From the IMG/VR virus record IMGVR_UViG_3300027733_000042, positions 26,787 to 90,786 of that record: 64,000 nt of DNA; one strand, written 5' to 3'. The stretch comes from a virus. How positions within the stretch are numbered: position 1 is the first letter of the stretch; the number at the start of each line of letters is the position of its first letter. The translations under genes were made by a program, and so were the position numbers. Shown one piece after another: positions 37,230-49,234 of this stretch. Under the pieces are notes generated by a model. It saw only the letters and a list, made by a program, of their open reading frames with translations, had not been told where the DNA came from and ran no database searches.

Positions 37230-40200
37230 TTATGCTCGACTCTTTAATAAGAGACGCTTTCTATCGTTTAATCTAGTCTCAGTTTCTTTAGTATATTGTT
37301 TTCTATCAAGAACCCGAATAAAGTTTTGAATCTCGTTTGTATACTGGGTGTTTCGATTATCGAACACATCGCAGCTTAGTGTAAAATCACCAAGATCTTT
37401 AAATTTCCAAACAAAGAATGGAACGGATTTAACTCTCATTATTTCTTCACCGGTGACTGCATTTTTTAATTTCCAGATAAAATCATGCTTACCATCTAGA
37501 TTATTAATCACAAAAAAGACAATTCCATTTTCAGGAACAGCAAACGTCTCTTCATAAATCTTAATGTCATTAATATTAAATGCATTTTGGTCAATCGTGG
37601 TTGGTAGATATCCAGTTTGAACATCATTATTAAATCTCCAATAGTGAGTATCTTGCCAGAAACTAGGATCCTGTACCGCACCAGATAAAACATCACTTGT
37701 TTTTGCGTGTAAGAACATGGTCTCAACATCAAATACTGGTGAAAGAGATGTTAGATAATCAATTAACTGCTTTGAAAATACTTTTTTCGGTAAGAAGAAG
37801 GTATATTCATCTCCTCGGAAACCAGAACCGCCTCCAGGACTTGGGCTAAATATCGGACTGCCTCCACCTGGATAAGAAAGCATGTGATACATTTCTTTAC
37901 TTAGGTATTCTGCTTGCGCATGGATGATATATTGGTAGTCAGAGTGACGTCCATTAATTATTTCATAGTTAAACAATTTAACTCCTGCATGATCGCTGTC
38001 GTTTAATATTTGTACAAGGTCTTCTAGTGTAGTAAATTGTGGAATTGTATAATCTGAAAATAGAGACATTCTAATTTTGTCTCCAGGTCTAGGATTTCGC
38101 ATATAAAACCCAGCTTCAAAGTCATCTAAATATACGAGATCAGTTAATCGTAGCCAATATAACTCATCGACTTGTATGCCTCTAAAATCATTTAGTGTAA
38201 TTGGAGTATCGCCATCGCCAAGTCCCCAATATGATTTCTTAGGGTGGTTTTGTGCTGGATCTTGATATGGAACATATGTATTTGTGCTTGAGTTATAGAG
38301 TTCAGCATCATATAAATTTTGACCCATACCATATCTGTTCTTGTAGAATGAAATCCACTCCAATAGGTTCTTATAGATATCAATTTTTACAGCAGCATCT
38401 TCATTGTTTAAAACATTAACCTTGGGATAGTAAAGCGGTGACGCTCCAAAATCTTGTAGTTGAACATTTGTTAAATTTGAGACAGAATATTCAAATTTAT
38501 CCTCTAATCTAGCAAAACCGATTATTTCAGGTTTCATGTCGTCATGTACAGTAACAAATTTACTAAATACACTAATATGACCGTAAAAATCATATAATTC
38601 TATCGTAACTCGATATTTTCCAGCATATGGTAGGACGTGACCGATTTCATAGAGGTCAACTAGCTTCCCGCGATGTTCAAAATTATATGGATTTGGAGAG
38701 TCTTTTGTAATTCTCCAATTAACTTCATAATAGTTCTTAAAATCGATATTTTCAAGCGTCCAATGCGGATCAAGTCCAATATTTATGGCATCTAAGTCTT
38801 CAAGCTTTACTCCGCGCAAGTCATCGATCGTAAATCTACCTAAATCGATAGAAAGTACAACCGGCGCACCAATTATACGCTCTGGATCATCTCCAAATTC
38901 CCAAGTGAGTCTATTACGTAGATTTGGAAAGCGTTGTGTTTTAATTTCGTTATAAAATGTTGTAATGTAATCAATTACTGCTGCGTTATCTGCATGGGTA
39001 AGATATCTTTGCCCAAATTCAAATGGATTCTTTGCAGAATCATTAATTCGACCAATTCCTAGGTCAAAACCATTTGTGCTTGCTTGTCGATATAGTGGAT
39101 CAATTGCACGTAGCGTTAAATTTACGTCTTGTCCCGGATATGCAACGATTTCGGCTGGATCATTAAGATCATAGTCAAATATTAGCGTTGAATCATTCCA
39201 ATTACCAATTGTCATCTTTTGGAAGTAGACAAATTCACCAATAATATCTTTGATTTTTACGTTTACTGGTAAAAATTCGTTTTTAAGCTTATCATTTAGT
39301 AGATTTAGCTTATAGAATATTTCATTTACTGTGAACTCAGTAGTTTCAGCGACTACTGGAACTCCATCATCATCATAATTATCAGTTGCTACTGTGAATT
39401 GGTAGACGATAGCTAAGAATTCAGTCTTTCTAAATTGTGAACCGCCTCGGATTCCACTATTTTTATCAGTTAGGTCAAGAGTATCAATCTTGCCATCATC
39501 TAAATAGTCAGAAAGGTCAACCATTAACATTTTATTGAAATATGATGATTGTCGATTAAGATTGGTCCAATATTCTTTTACTTGGAGTGTGTCCTTGTAA
39601 CCAAGTATATTAATAAAGTTAACAAGTCCGCGATATGTTCCAATATATGGATAAATCTGATCCTTATTTACAAGTAATTGCTTTCGAGCGCTATTTAAAG
39701 CTTCCAGATTAGGAAAAGCTTCCTTAATATCATAATCTTTTAGGATATTTGCATCCTCTTTTAAGAATTTAATTCCAAAATTAGTTGCCCAATCACTAAA
39801 TCTCTGTTCTTCTTCAATTCCTTCACCATAGAAATAGATTTCAGCAATCTTTGTTTTGGTTACAGTATTTAAGTAGATTGAAAGTGTTCTTTCGAATATT
39901 ACTTCATCAGTTGGACTGAATGCAATATTAACTTGTAGAGGAATTTTTATGTCTAGCGGAGAGCCGCTGCCCGACGAATCAATATCTGAGTACTTAATCA
40001 CTTTACTTTCGACTTTACTAATAAAGTTTTCATCGAGTTGAAGATCTTTAACTACATCATAGATAAAAAACTGGTCGCTATTTTTATTATTCGTCCATTC
40101 AAAAGAGATGCTCTGGTTTGGTGATAGTACTGGAAATTTGTAGTCACTGCCAACTGTCTCGAGCATAAATAAATTCTCATTATCGAATAAGTATGTAGAG

Positions 40201-40307
40201 ATTCCTTTAAAATAGATCGTTCCTTCCCACACACCAGTAGTTGTGTTTAACTGAAGGTTTAAATTCTGACCCAGTTTATCAAAAAAGTTAAGATTGCTAG
40301 TGACCAT
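37230..40307 (-). CDS. baseplate protein (gp7/P2 gpI-like motif, PKD-like domains)
   Basis: IGTYRGLVNFINILGY motif; 'PYAGKYRVTIELYD' and 'DLGDFTLSCDVFD' PKD-like strands; late motifs upstream. Confidence 0.6.
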   Translation of the reverse strand: MVTSNLNFFDKLGQNLNLQLNTTTGVWEGTIYFKGISTYLFDNENLFMLETVGSDYKFPVLSPNQSISFEWTNNKNSDQFFIYDVVKDLQLDENFISKVESKVIKYSDIDSSGSGSPLDIKIPLQVNIAFSPTDEVIFERTLSIYLNTVTKTKIAEIYFYGEGIEEEQRFSDWATNFGIKFLKEDANILKDYDIKEAFPNLEALNSARKQLLVNKDQIYPYIGTYRGLVNFINILGYKDTLQVKEYWTNLNRQSSYFNKMLMVDLSDYLDDGKIDTLDLTDKNSGIRGGSQFRKTEFLAIVYQFTVATDNYDDDGVPVVAETTEFTVNEIFYKLNLLNDKLKNEFLPVNVKIKDIIGEFVYFQKMTIGNWNDSTLIFDYDLNDPAEIVAYPGQDVNLTLRAIDPLYRQASTNGFDLGIGRINDSAKNPFEFGQRYLTHADNAAVIDYITTFYNEIKTQRFPNLRNRLTWEFGDDPERIIGAPVVLSIDLGRFTIDDLRGVKLEDLDAINIGLDPHWTLENIDFKNYYEVNWRITKDSPNPYNFEHRGKLVDLYEIGHVLPYAGKYRVTIELYDFYGHISVFSKFVTVHDDMKPEIIGFARLEDKFEYSVSNLTNVQLQDFGASPLYYPKVNVLNNEDAAVKIDIYKNLLEWISFYKNRYGMGQNLYDAELYNSSTNTYVPYQDPAQNHPKKSYWGLGDGDTPITLNDFRGIQVDELYWLRLTDLVYLDDFEAGFYMRNPRPGDKIRMSLFSDYTIPQFTTLEDLVQILNDSDHAGVKLFNYEIINGRHSDYQYIIHAQAEYLSKEMYHMLSYPGGGSPIFSPSPGGGSGFRGDEYTFFLPKKVFSKQLIDYLTSLSPVFDVETMFLHAKTSDVLSGAVQDPSFWQDTHYWRFNNDVQTGYLPTTIDQNAFNINDIKIYEETFAVPENGIVFFVINNLDGKHDFIWKLKNAVTGEEIMRVKSVPFFVWKFKDLGDFTLSCDVFDNRNTQYTNEIQNFIRVLDRKQYTKETETRLNDRKRLLLKSRA

Positions 40308-40349
40308 TTAAAAAATAAACGTATTTATGTTATTTATTACAAGTTGATA

Positions 40350-40748
40350 CTAAATGCTGTAAATTGAACTTTCTCCGCTGTACCCCAATGAAATAAATTC
40401 AAGTGGCTCATCTTTATCGAGTCCGGTCTTCTTATGGATCTTTTTCCACTCTTTTGCATACCCATTTTTACACATTTGGGTGAAATATGCAAAGGCATTT
40501 GGATTCTCTGACTTAGTCTCGTCAAAGCTTTTCCAATATTTTAAACAGTCAAGAATAGCTGATTGAATACAGTCCTCTCGATCACGATAGTCTTGAAAAT
40601 AGAGACGATCTACTGCACGATTAGCCAGTGAGATAAAACAGTCGATTGCAAATGGGGTTAGTGCACCAGCTGCCTTGCTTTCAATAATTGCTCGAGTAAA
40701 GTCTTTATTGTTAATATAGTGTACGTCACCACGTTTCTTTCTAGCCAT
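40350..40748 (-). CDS. late transcription sigma factor (T4 gp55-like)
   Basis: HYINNKDF, REDCIQSAILDCLKYWKSFD and NAFAYFTQ motifs. Confidence 0.85.
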   Translation of the reverse strand: MARKKRGDVHYINNKDFTRAIIESKAAGALTPFAIDCFISLANRAVDRLYFQDYRDREDCIQSAILDCLKYWKSFDETKSENPNAFAYFTQMCKNGYAKEWKKIHKKTGLDKDEPLEFISLGYSGESSIYSI

Positions 40749-40757
40749 AGCTATTGA

Positions 40758-41420
40758 TTATTTTGAAAGTCCATAGATCTTTGCAACACCTAAGTACGCA
40801 TCTGTCATATCTATGATTGGAGATAGTATCTTTTCTCCGTCGATTACCCAGTCTTCAGTATTTAATAACTTGTAGAGGTCTGAATCTTTTACTGATTCTA
40901 TAATTGGGTCACTTTTAAATTTCGCTAGTATGTCATGCTTGTTTGCATTACCTTTACAGCCGATTGCATTTTTAAGTTCGCTTGGACTGAAGATGAAAAA
41001 TCTATCAGTTTTATTATTGAGGATTTGGGTTACTAATTGTTGTTTTAAAATGCCAGTCGATTGTGCAATATCAACTAGTGAATTTCCGCTAGAACCAAAG
41101 GAGATACCTTCAAGACATACGATGATATCTTGCTCGTCTTTTACTTCTTCTTTGATTGCGGAAATTAGAATCTCGATTAGCTCTAGATAATTATCAAGCT
41201 TGATTCTTTCTGTGATGTAATATAGTTCGTCCTTTCTTCTTTTTGAAGTAGTTCGTAAGATCTTTAAATTAGGGTAGTATGAATTGATCCAGTCAAAATG
41301 GTCTTCGTCCTTTTTTCTGACTTTAGTATTGACTACTGCTAGCCATTTAAAGTCTTTAAAATCTCTACAGATGCATACACCTGGATATAATATTGAAAAA
41401 TCTATACTTATGATTACCAC
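40758..41420 (-). CDS. RuvC-like Holliday junction resolvase / RNase H-fold nuclease
   Basis: ISIDFS, CLEGISFGS, PSELK...GNANK and DMTDAY acidic motifs. Confidence 0.75.
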   Translation of the reverse strand: MVIISIDFSILYPGVCICRDFKDFKWLAVVNTKVRKKDEDHFDWINSYYPNLKILRTTSKRRKDELYYITERIKLDNYLELIEILISAIKEEVKDEQDIIVCLEGISFGSSGNSLVDIAQSTGILKQQLVTQILNNKTDRFFIFSPSELKNAIGCKGNANKHDILAKFKSDPIIESVKDSDLYKLLNTEDWVIDGEKILSPIIDMTDAYLGVAKIYGLSK

Positions 41421-41531
41421 TCATGGTCGATTATTTTGGATCCTATTTAAGTTATACATCACCATGTATAAATAGTTTCAATATAAATCTATATATTTTA
41501 TTAAAACCATTCCTTTTTCCCTAGTAGAAAA

Positions 41532-41615
41532 GGGTTAGTGGGCGGGAGTACTAGCTAGTCTTTATTCTTTCTTTAATAATTACTATAGAAGTACTTTAGT
41601 ACTACCCCCGCACCC
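41532..41615. repeat. GC-rich imperfect inverted repeat with three AGTACT palindromes in a divergent intergenic region
   Basis: GGGTTAGTGGGCGGGAGTACTA ... TAGTACTACCCCCGCACCC; AGTACT at 41547, 41590 and 41598. Confidence 0.6.
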
Positions 41616-41658
41616 GACAAAATTTTAAAAAAGAAGAAAAGTATAGTATTATAACTCC

Positions 41659-42657
41659 ATGAGACTAGGATATTGCTGCATCAATCTTACTTTAAAAGAT
41701 CAAGCTATCACCACTAATCGTGGTATGACAAAAAAGACATGGCTCGCACAAGGTCTTCCTCGAGCAGCTGAATTAGCTGAAGCCAACATTACTGATTTAT
41801 GTAAAATTCTAGAGTGGAATCTAGCAAATGATATTAGAGTCTATCGTATGTCAAGTGATCTATTTCCATGGATGAGCGAATATCGATTTGAGGATCTTCC
41901 TAATTTTATCACGCTTTGCGAGACTCTTACTAAAATCGGTACATTTGTTCAATTTCATGGAATGCGACTGTCCTTTCATCCTGGACAGTTTGATGTACTT
42001 GCTTCTCCAACCGAATCTGTTGTCACTAAAACTATTTACGATCTTGATCAGCATTCTCGTATCATGGATCTTATGGGACTCCCGGCAGATCCTAGTTTCC
42101 CAATTAATATACATGTCGGTGGATCATATGGCGATAAACCATCTGCACTTGCACGATTCTGTGATAACTTTACAAAACTTGCCCCCACCACTCGTGGTAG
42201 ATTAGTTGTAGAAAATGATGATAAAGCCAGCCAATATGGTGTTGTTGATTTATATCAAGGAATTTATATGAAAGTTGGCTGCCCAATTACGTTTGACCAT
42301 TTTCATCATACTTTTTGTACAAATGATTTATCTGGCGAGGCGGCTGCCACCCTTGCGGCTACTACTTGGCATGGACATACACCATTACAGCATTTCTCAA
42401 GTTCAAAAAAGGTTCACGAAGATTCATCAGTTATTAATCGGTCCCATGCAGATTACTTATATGAAGCTATTACAGATTATGGATTTGATGTAGACTGTGA
42501 AATAGAAGCAAAAGCTAAGGACCTAGCAGTTTTAAAATACTTACAGAATTATAGTATATTTAATCCTAGATCTCTAACTAATATAGAAAGAGAAGTATTA
42601 GAAGAGACTTATAAACAGTCTTTAAAGAATAAACCATCTAGAACAAATAGATTATAA
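41659..42657 (+). CDS. uvsE: UV DNA damage endonuclease (UvsE/UVDE)
   Basis: MRLGYCCIN, YRMSSDLFP, RLSFHPGQF, NIHVGG, LVVENDD, FDHFHH, HAD and EAKAKDLA motifs. Confidence 0.95.
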   Translation: MRLGYCCINLTLKDQAITTNRGMTKKTWLAQGLPRAAELAEANITDLCKILEWNLANDIRVYRMSSDLFPWMSEYRFEDLPNFITLCETLTKIGTFVQFHGMRLSFHPGQFDVLASPTESVVTKTIYDLDQHSRIMDLMGLPADPSFPINIHVGGSYGDKPSALARFCDNFTKLAPTTRGRLVVENDDKASQYGVVDLYQGIYMKVGCPITFDHFHHTFCTNDLSGEAAATLAATTWHGHTPLQHFSSSKKVHEDSSVINRSHADYLYEAITDYGFDVDCEIEAKAKDLAVLKYLQNYSIFNPRSLTNIEREVLEETYKQSLKNKPSRTNRL

Positions 42658-42658
42658 A

Positions 42659-43009
42659 ATGGAAAGAAGATTAGGACCGTCAAAATACAATCCACCAAAC
42701 ATGGAACAGTTCAAGTTTCCAATGGTGGAAGCACTCAAAAAACACTTGTCTGAAATAACACAAGAACAGTTTGACGCTGAATGGGCAGAAATAGAAAAGT
42801 TAGGATTAGACGGACCGTCATTTGATGAAGAAGAATTTAAAAAAGTCACAGGTTGGGACACTCCAGCTGAGTACAGTGCATATTGTTTAGGAAGACACGA
42901 TGAAGCAATAACTATAACTGAGTGGATAAGAAAATGGGATGGAAGTACTAATTCACAGCTAGGCCAAATATTGTTTAGTAAAATAAAAGAAGTAAAAGAC
43001 AAGTTATGA
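42659..43009 (+). CDS. hypothetical protein
   Basis: Small gene in a coupled plus-strand array. Confidence 0.65.
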   Translation: MERRLGPSKYNPPNMEQFKFPMVEALKKHLSEITQEQFDAEWAEIEKLGLDGPSFDEEEFKKVTGWDTPAEYSAYCLGRHDEAITITEWIRKWDGSTNSQLGQILFSKIKEVKDKL

Positions 43010-43209
43010 CATCACCACGAGACACAGCACTTTATAAAATATGTCACTTATTAGACGACAAAACAAAAACCCGTAAACAGTTACGAGTTGAAGTAAAAGG
43101 TATATTACAGGAATATGCTTTAGAAGTTAAACGAGAACAAAAGCAACATATAGAACAATTAGAAAAAAGATCTGAAGCATTCGAAATAGTTAAACGACTT
43201 TTAAGATGA
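43006..43209 (+). CDS. hypothetical protein
   Basis: ATGA overlaps at both ends. Confidence 0.65.
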   Translation: MTSPRDTALYKICHLLDDKTKTRKQLRVEVKGILQEYALEVKREQKQHIEQLEKRSEAFEIVKRLLR

Positions 43210-43619
43210 AAGATAAAAAACACCATACCGAAGAAGAAATACTTGAGTATCCAACTAAGTACATGTACTGTACTGTTGGTGACTTGAAAAAACACATTGA
43301 AAAACACAACATTCCAGATGAAGCTCCTGTTGTAGTACAAAGAGTAAAAGATGTATACTATGATAAACACGGTTGGAAAACATATTTAAAAAAAGGAGAA
43401 CATTACTGGAACATAGTTTACTCCAATGAAAACATGGCTGAAGAAATATTGAGACGTGAACGTGGAGAAGAGCCACATTATTCTATGGAAGATCCTTCTA
43501 AATTCATAAATTCAGATCCTGACTTTTTAGAACAAATGATGGAACAGTACAGTCCAGTGTGGTGTGCTGTGTACTATAAAGACGATGAAAATATTTTATT
43601 TTTAGACTTACATTATTAA
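43206..43619 (+). CDS. hypothetical protein
   Basis: ATGA overlap; ordinary codon usage. Confidence 0.7.
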   Translation: MKDKKHHTEEEILEYPTKYMYCTVGDLKKHIEKHNIPDEAPVVVQRVKDVYYDKHGWKTYLKKGEHYWNIVYSNENMAEEILRRERGEEPHYSMEDPSKFINSDPDFLEQMMEQYSPVWCAVYYKDDENILFLDLHY

Positions 43620-43768
43620 TATAAGTAGTAAGCGTATCAATGCCTAACTATCAAAAAGCAAAGAAGAAGTATGTCAGCTTAGTTAGGGGTTGTAATTTCA
43701 GTGACTTGGATGGTTTTCATACTTTCCTACCAACGAGAAAACGTACGTTTATTTAAAAAACAAAACAC

Positions 43769-43948
43769 ATGAAAACATCATTTAAAATTTTAATTTTAGT
43801 ATTAGCGGCAACGTTGTGTATCTGGCCGTGTCTTGGATATATGTATGACCCAAAGGGTATTACCGCAGGCTGGTTTATGCTTACTGTTGTCACTGAATTC
43901 CTAGTAGGACTCGCATATGTACTTTTCGATAAACCATTCAACGACTAA
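43769..43948 (+). CDS. small two-TM membrane protein (59 aa, below the ORF-track cutoff)
   Basis: MKTSFKILILVLAATLCIWPCLGYMYDPKGITAGWFMLTVVTEFLVGLAYVLFDKPFND*; A-rich leader; TAATG coupling to the next gene. Confidence 0.7.
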   Translation: MKTSFKILILVLAATLCIWPCLGYMYDPKGITAGWFMLTVVTEFLVGLAYVLFDKPFND

Positions 43949-44181
43949 TGACTGGAAACATAGTACATCGAATTGAACCGACGGATTGGGTAGTATGGTA
44001 TGCTGATTCGACCGCTAAAAATGGAATAAGAATATTACCATTGCATCCAGATGACGTGGCTCAAATAAATGAATGGGCAAAAGTATTTGATAATATTGAA
44101 GGTCGAATCGCAAGTAGTCCTGAAGTAGAATTTAATATAACTGAATGTAAGCATGCTAAATTAATTTATCCAATTGAATAA
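43948..44181 (+). CDS. hypothetical protein
   Basis: Coupled ORF (LPLHPDDV motif). Confidence 0.65.
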   Translation: MTGNIVHRIEPTDWVVWYADSTAKNGIRILPLHPDDVAQINEWAKVFDNIEGRIASSPEVEFNITECKHAKLIYPIE

Positions 44182-44182
44182 T

Positions 44183-44689
44183 ATGAACATACTCAAATAT
44201 AAATTGAGGGAGCTACGTTTTATAAAAGTCTTATTCTCACCATTTAAACCATTTTGTGTAAAGTGGTATTGTGGTAAAATTGCAGTTGGCGTCCCATATT
44301 TTTATCCTAGAAAATGGATTAAGAGCAAAGAAAAACCAGGCTGGACTACGACTGTTCCAAAAAAACTAGGATTTAACTACTGTGGACTTGGTTGGAAAAC
44401 TAAATGGACTGATACCGATTATCGTTTTGAATGGTCACCAATTCTATCATTTGTCTTTTTTAAATGGCAGATTGCTCTAATCATTAGTGCAAACCACCCT
44501 TCCCACTATTGGGAAGCTTGGTTGTATTATGAAAACGATACAGATAAAACCAAGTCACAGAAAGAGAGAATAAAACAGTGTATTGATGAATTTCCTCAAA
44601 GATACAAGAGTTACTACCCAGATGGTACTGAAGAATTAATTGATTATTATAACCTTATCTTAAAACGAAAATATACACAAAAAATATGA
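44183..44689 (+). CDS. hypothetical Trp/aromatic-rich protein
   Basis: ORF; ATG 44183 preferred as start. Confidence 0.7.
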   Translation: MNILKYKLRELRFIKVLFSPFKPFCVKWYCGKIAVGVPYFYPRKWIKSKEKPGWTTTVPKKLGFNYCGLGWKTKWTDTDYRFEWSPILSFVFFKWQIALIISANHPSHYWEAWLYYENDTDKTKSQKERIKQCIDEFPQRYKSYYPDGTEELIDYYNLILKRKYTQKI

Positions 44690-45015
44690 GCGGCGGACAT
44701 TTTGATTACAATCAATCCCGAATAGGAATGATTGCAGATGAATTAGAACAACTAATCATCGATAACGGTAGAGAAAAAACCAAAGACGAATTAAAGGAAA
44801 CTTAGCGAGAACCTGAATGGTATATAAAATATCCAGAAGATAAATATCACACTAACTATCCAGATGAGGTTATTGAGAAGTTTAAAGCCGGGCTTATAAT
44901 ACTTCGACAAGCATATGTATACACTCAGCGGATTGATTGGTTACTAAGTGGAGATGATGGTTCTGAAACATTCTTAAACAGATTAACCGAAGATTTAGAA
45001 AAATTAACGAAATAA
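44686..45015 (+). pseudogene. 109-codon gene interrupted by one in-frame TAG
   Basis: MSGGHFDY...ELKET*REPEWY...IDWLLSGDDGSETF...LTK*; TAG at 44803-44805; ATGA-coupled start. Confidence 0.75.
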
Positions 45016-45042
45016 ACAAATATTTAGTAGTATAGTAACAAC

Positions 45043-45459
45043 ATGGAAAACAAAAGAATTATCTTAAATCAAATTCGTACACCAGACGGTACGATTTTAA
45101 AATCAATGACTCGTCATGATTATGTTGAATATACCGATAAAAACGGTAAGGACTACATGGTAGATGGTGGAAATGAATATCTGCGTAGAATTGTACACGA
45201 AGAAGCGCCATATGAAGAACTAACCATTTATGAAGACTCTCCATTTGAAGTTATTCGTGAAAATTACTGTCGTGGAGGTCGTGGAAAAGATGGAACTCAG
45301 CCTCTTACTTGGGTGCCTTTAAGCCAAATGAATGATAACTGGTTAGCTGCATGCATCACATATAATAATGATCGAGGCATGAGCGAAAGCTTTGCAAACA
45401 AAATGTATGCAAAAGAAATAGAATATCGTAAAGTAAACTCTATATCAATTCCTGAATAA
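45043..45459 (+). CDS. hypothetical phage protein
   Basis: PDGTILKS..RHDYV...MVDGG motif. Confidence 0.75.
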   Translation: MENKRIILNQIRTPDGTILKSMTRHDYVEYTDKNGKDYMVDGGNEYLRRIVHEEAPYEELTIYEDSPFEVIRENYCRGGRGKDGTQPLTWVPLSQMNDNWLAACITYNNDRGMSESFANKMYAKEIEYRKVNSISIPE

Positions 45460-45460
45460 A

Positions 45461-45973
45461 ATGGGACAGATACCTGGAGAACTATTTACCCCTGTTTTTT
45501 CTACTACTGATGAATTTTCAGAAGGATATAAGCAGTCTACTTTTTTTGTAGATAAAGAATTCTATAGAGAATATAGAAAGCACATTGCAGCCCTTTCCCA
45601 TACTGCTGCATGTGCAAAAATATTTGTCCTAAATAACTGGGAGAAAATAACAGATTGGAGCAAGTTAAATGTTTCAATTAGAGATAATTCAGGAAAGACT
45701 ACTGAGTATTATAACTATGTTCCATCTGATAGGAAGACTTGGGGAAAGAGGGGAAAGAGCGACGCTGTTCAAAAGCTATTAAAAGATATGGAATTTCGTA
45801 GATCTAAAAAACACAATCCAGTAAATGAATTATTTGGAGTTGTTCTAGATCCTACAGATGGAGATTTCTCCTTAACAATAAACAAAAAAGACCATTTATG
45901 GATAGATGATGAATCCGTAATAATTATTGCTGACTATATTGAAAAAAACCTAAATACTAATGCAAACGCTTAA
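45461..45973 (+). CDS. hypothetical protein
   Basis: Coupled ORF. Confidence 0.7.
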   Translation: MGQIPGELFTPVFSTTDEFSEGYKQSTFFVDKEFYREYRKHIAALSHTAACAKIFVLNNWEKITDWSKLNVSIRDNSGKTTEYYNYVPSDRKTWGKRGKSDAVQKLLKDMEFRRSKKHNPVNELFGVVLDPTDGDFSLTINKKDHLWIDDESVIIIADYIEKNLNTNANA

Positions 45974-45976
45974 TCA

Positions 45977-46729
45977 ATGTACACACTCGCTGAAATACAA
46001 AAAATGGTCTTCTTTGACTTGGAGACAGCCTCTACTTTTCCAACATTAGATGGATTAAATGCTGCAAATCCAAGAATGGCTGACCTTTGGAGCAAACGAT
46101 GTAATTATCTTCGTTCCAGATTCGATGAAAATAAAGACATGAGTGATGAACAGCTATATGAAGCAAAGGCTGCTCTTACTCCTGAATTTAGCAGAATTGT
46201 CTGCGCATCGTTTGGCCGTGTCACTTTCAGTGACGACCCAATTCTCGGTTCAGTGCCATCATTAATTATCAAGAGCTATTCTTCATTTGATGAAGCCGAT
46301 GTTCTTAGTGGAATCAATACAGTATTCACCAAATTTGCTGCATATAAATTTGCTGGGCATAATATCAAACGATTTGATGTTCCAATGATGTGCAAGCGAT
46401 TAATTATGGCAGGTACACAATTGCCGAAGGGATTACAATTGACTAATTTAAAACCTTGGGAAATGCCACTAATCGATACTTCAGAAATTTGGAGTTTTGG
46501 TGCATGGCAAGAAGGATTCAGTTCATTAGAACTCTTAGCGACTTCCCTTGGTTTAGAAACACCAAAGGACGATATTCGTGGAGATGAAGTTGGAGATGTA
46601 TTTTGGAAAGAACGAGATATTCAACGAATCACCGAATATTGTCAAAAGGATGTTCTTGCAGTTGCTCAAGTAATTTTAAAACTATCAGGTTTTACTGTAG
46701 TAGAAGACTATCAGTTACAAACACCCTGA
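45977..46729 (+). CDS. PolB-like 3'-5' exonuclease (DEDDy)
   Basis: FFDLET, GHNIKRFD and YCQKDV exonuclease motifs I-III. Confidence 0.9.
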   Translation: MYTLAEIQKMVFFDLETASTFPTLDGLNAANPRMADLWSKRCNYLRSRFDENKDMSDEQLYEAKAALTPEFSRIVCASFGRVTFSDDPILGSVPSLIIKSYSSFDEADVLSGINTVFTKFAAYKFAGHNIKRFDVPMMCKRLIMAGTQLPKGLQLTNLKPWEMPLIDTSEIWSFGAWQEGFSSLELLATSLGLETPKDDIRGDEVGDVFWKERDIQRITEYCQKDVLAVAQVILKLSGFTVVEDYQLQTP

Positions 46730-46731
46730 TA

Positions 46732-49139
<2,408 letters not shown>

Positions 49140-49167
49140 TCCGGCCATTTTTATGCCGACTTTAATC

Positions 49168-49196
49168 AAAGAGACTGCCAAGTGCAGTCTCTTTTT
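49168..49196 (+). terminator. Rho-independent terminator
   Basis: AAAGAGACTGC-CAAGT-GCAGTCTCTTTTT. Confidence 0.85.
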
Positions 49197-49234
49197 AGTT
49201 TAATAAATAATAGTAGATAAAATAACTATTTTCT

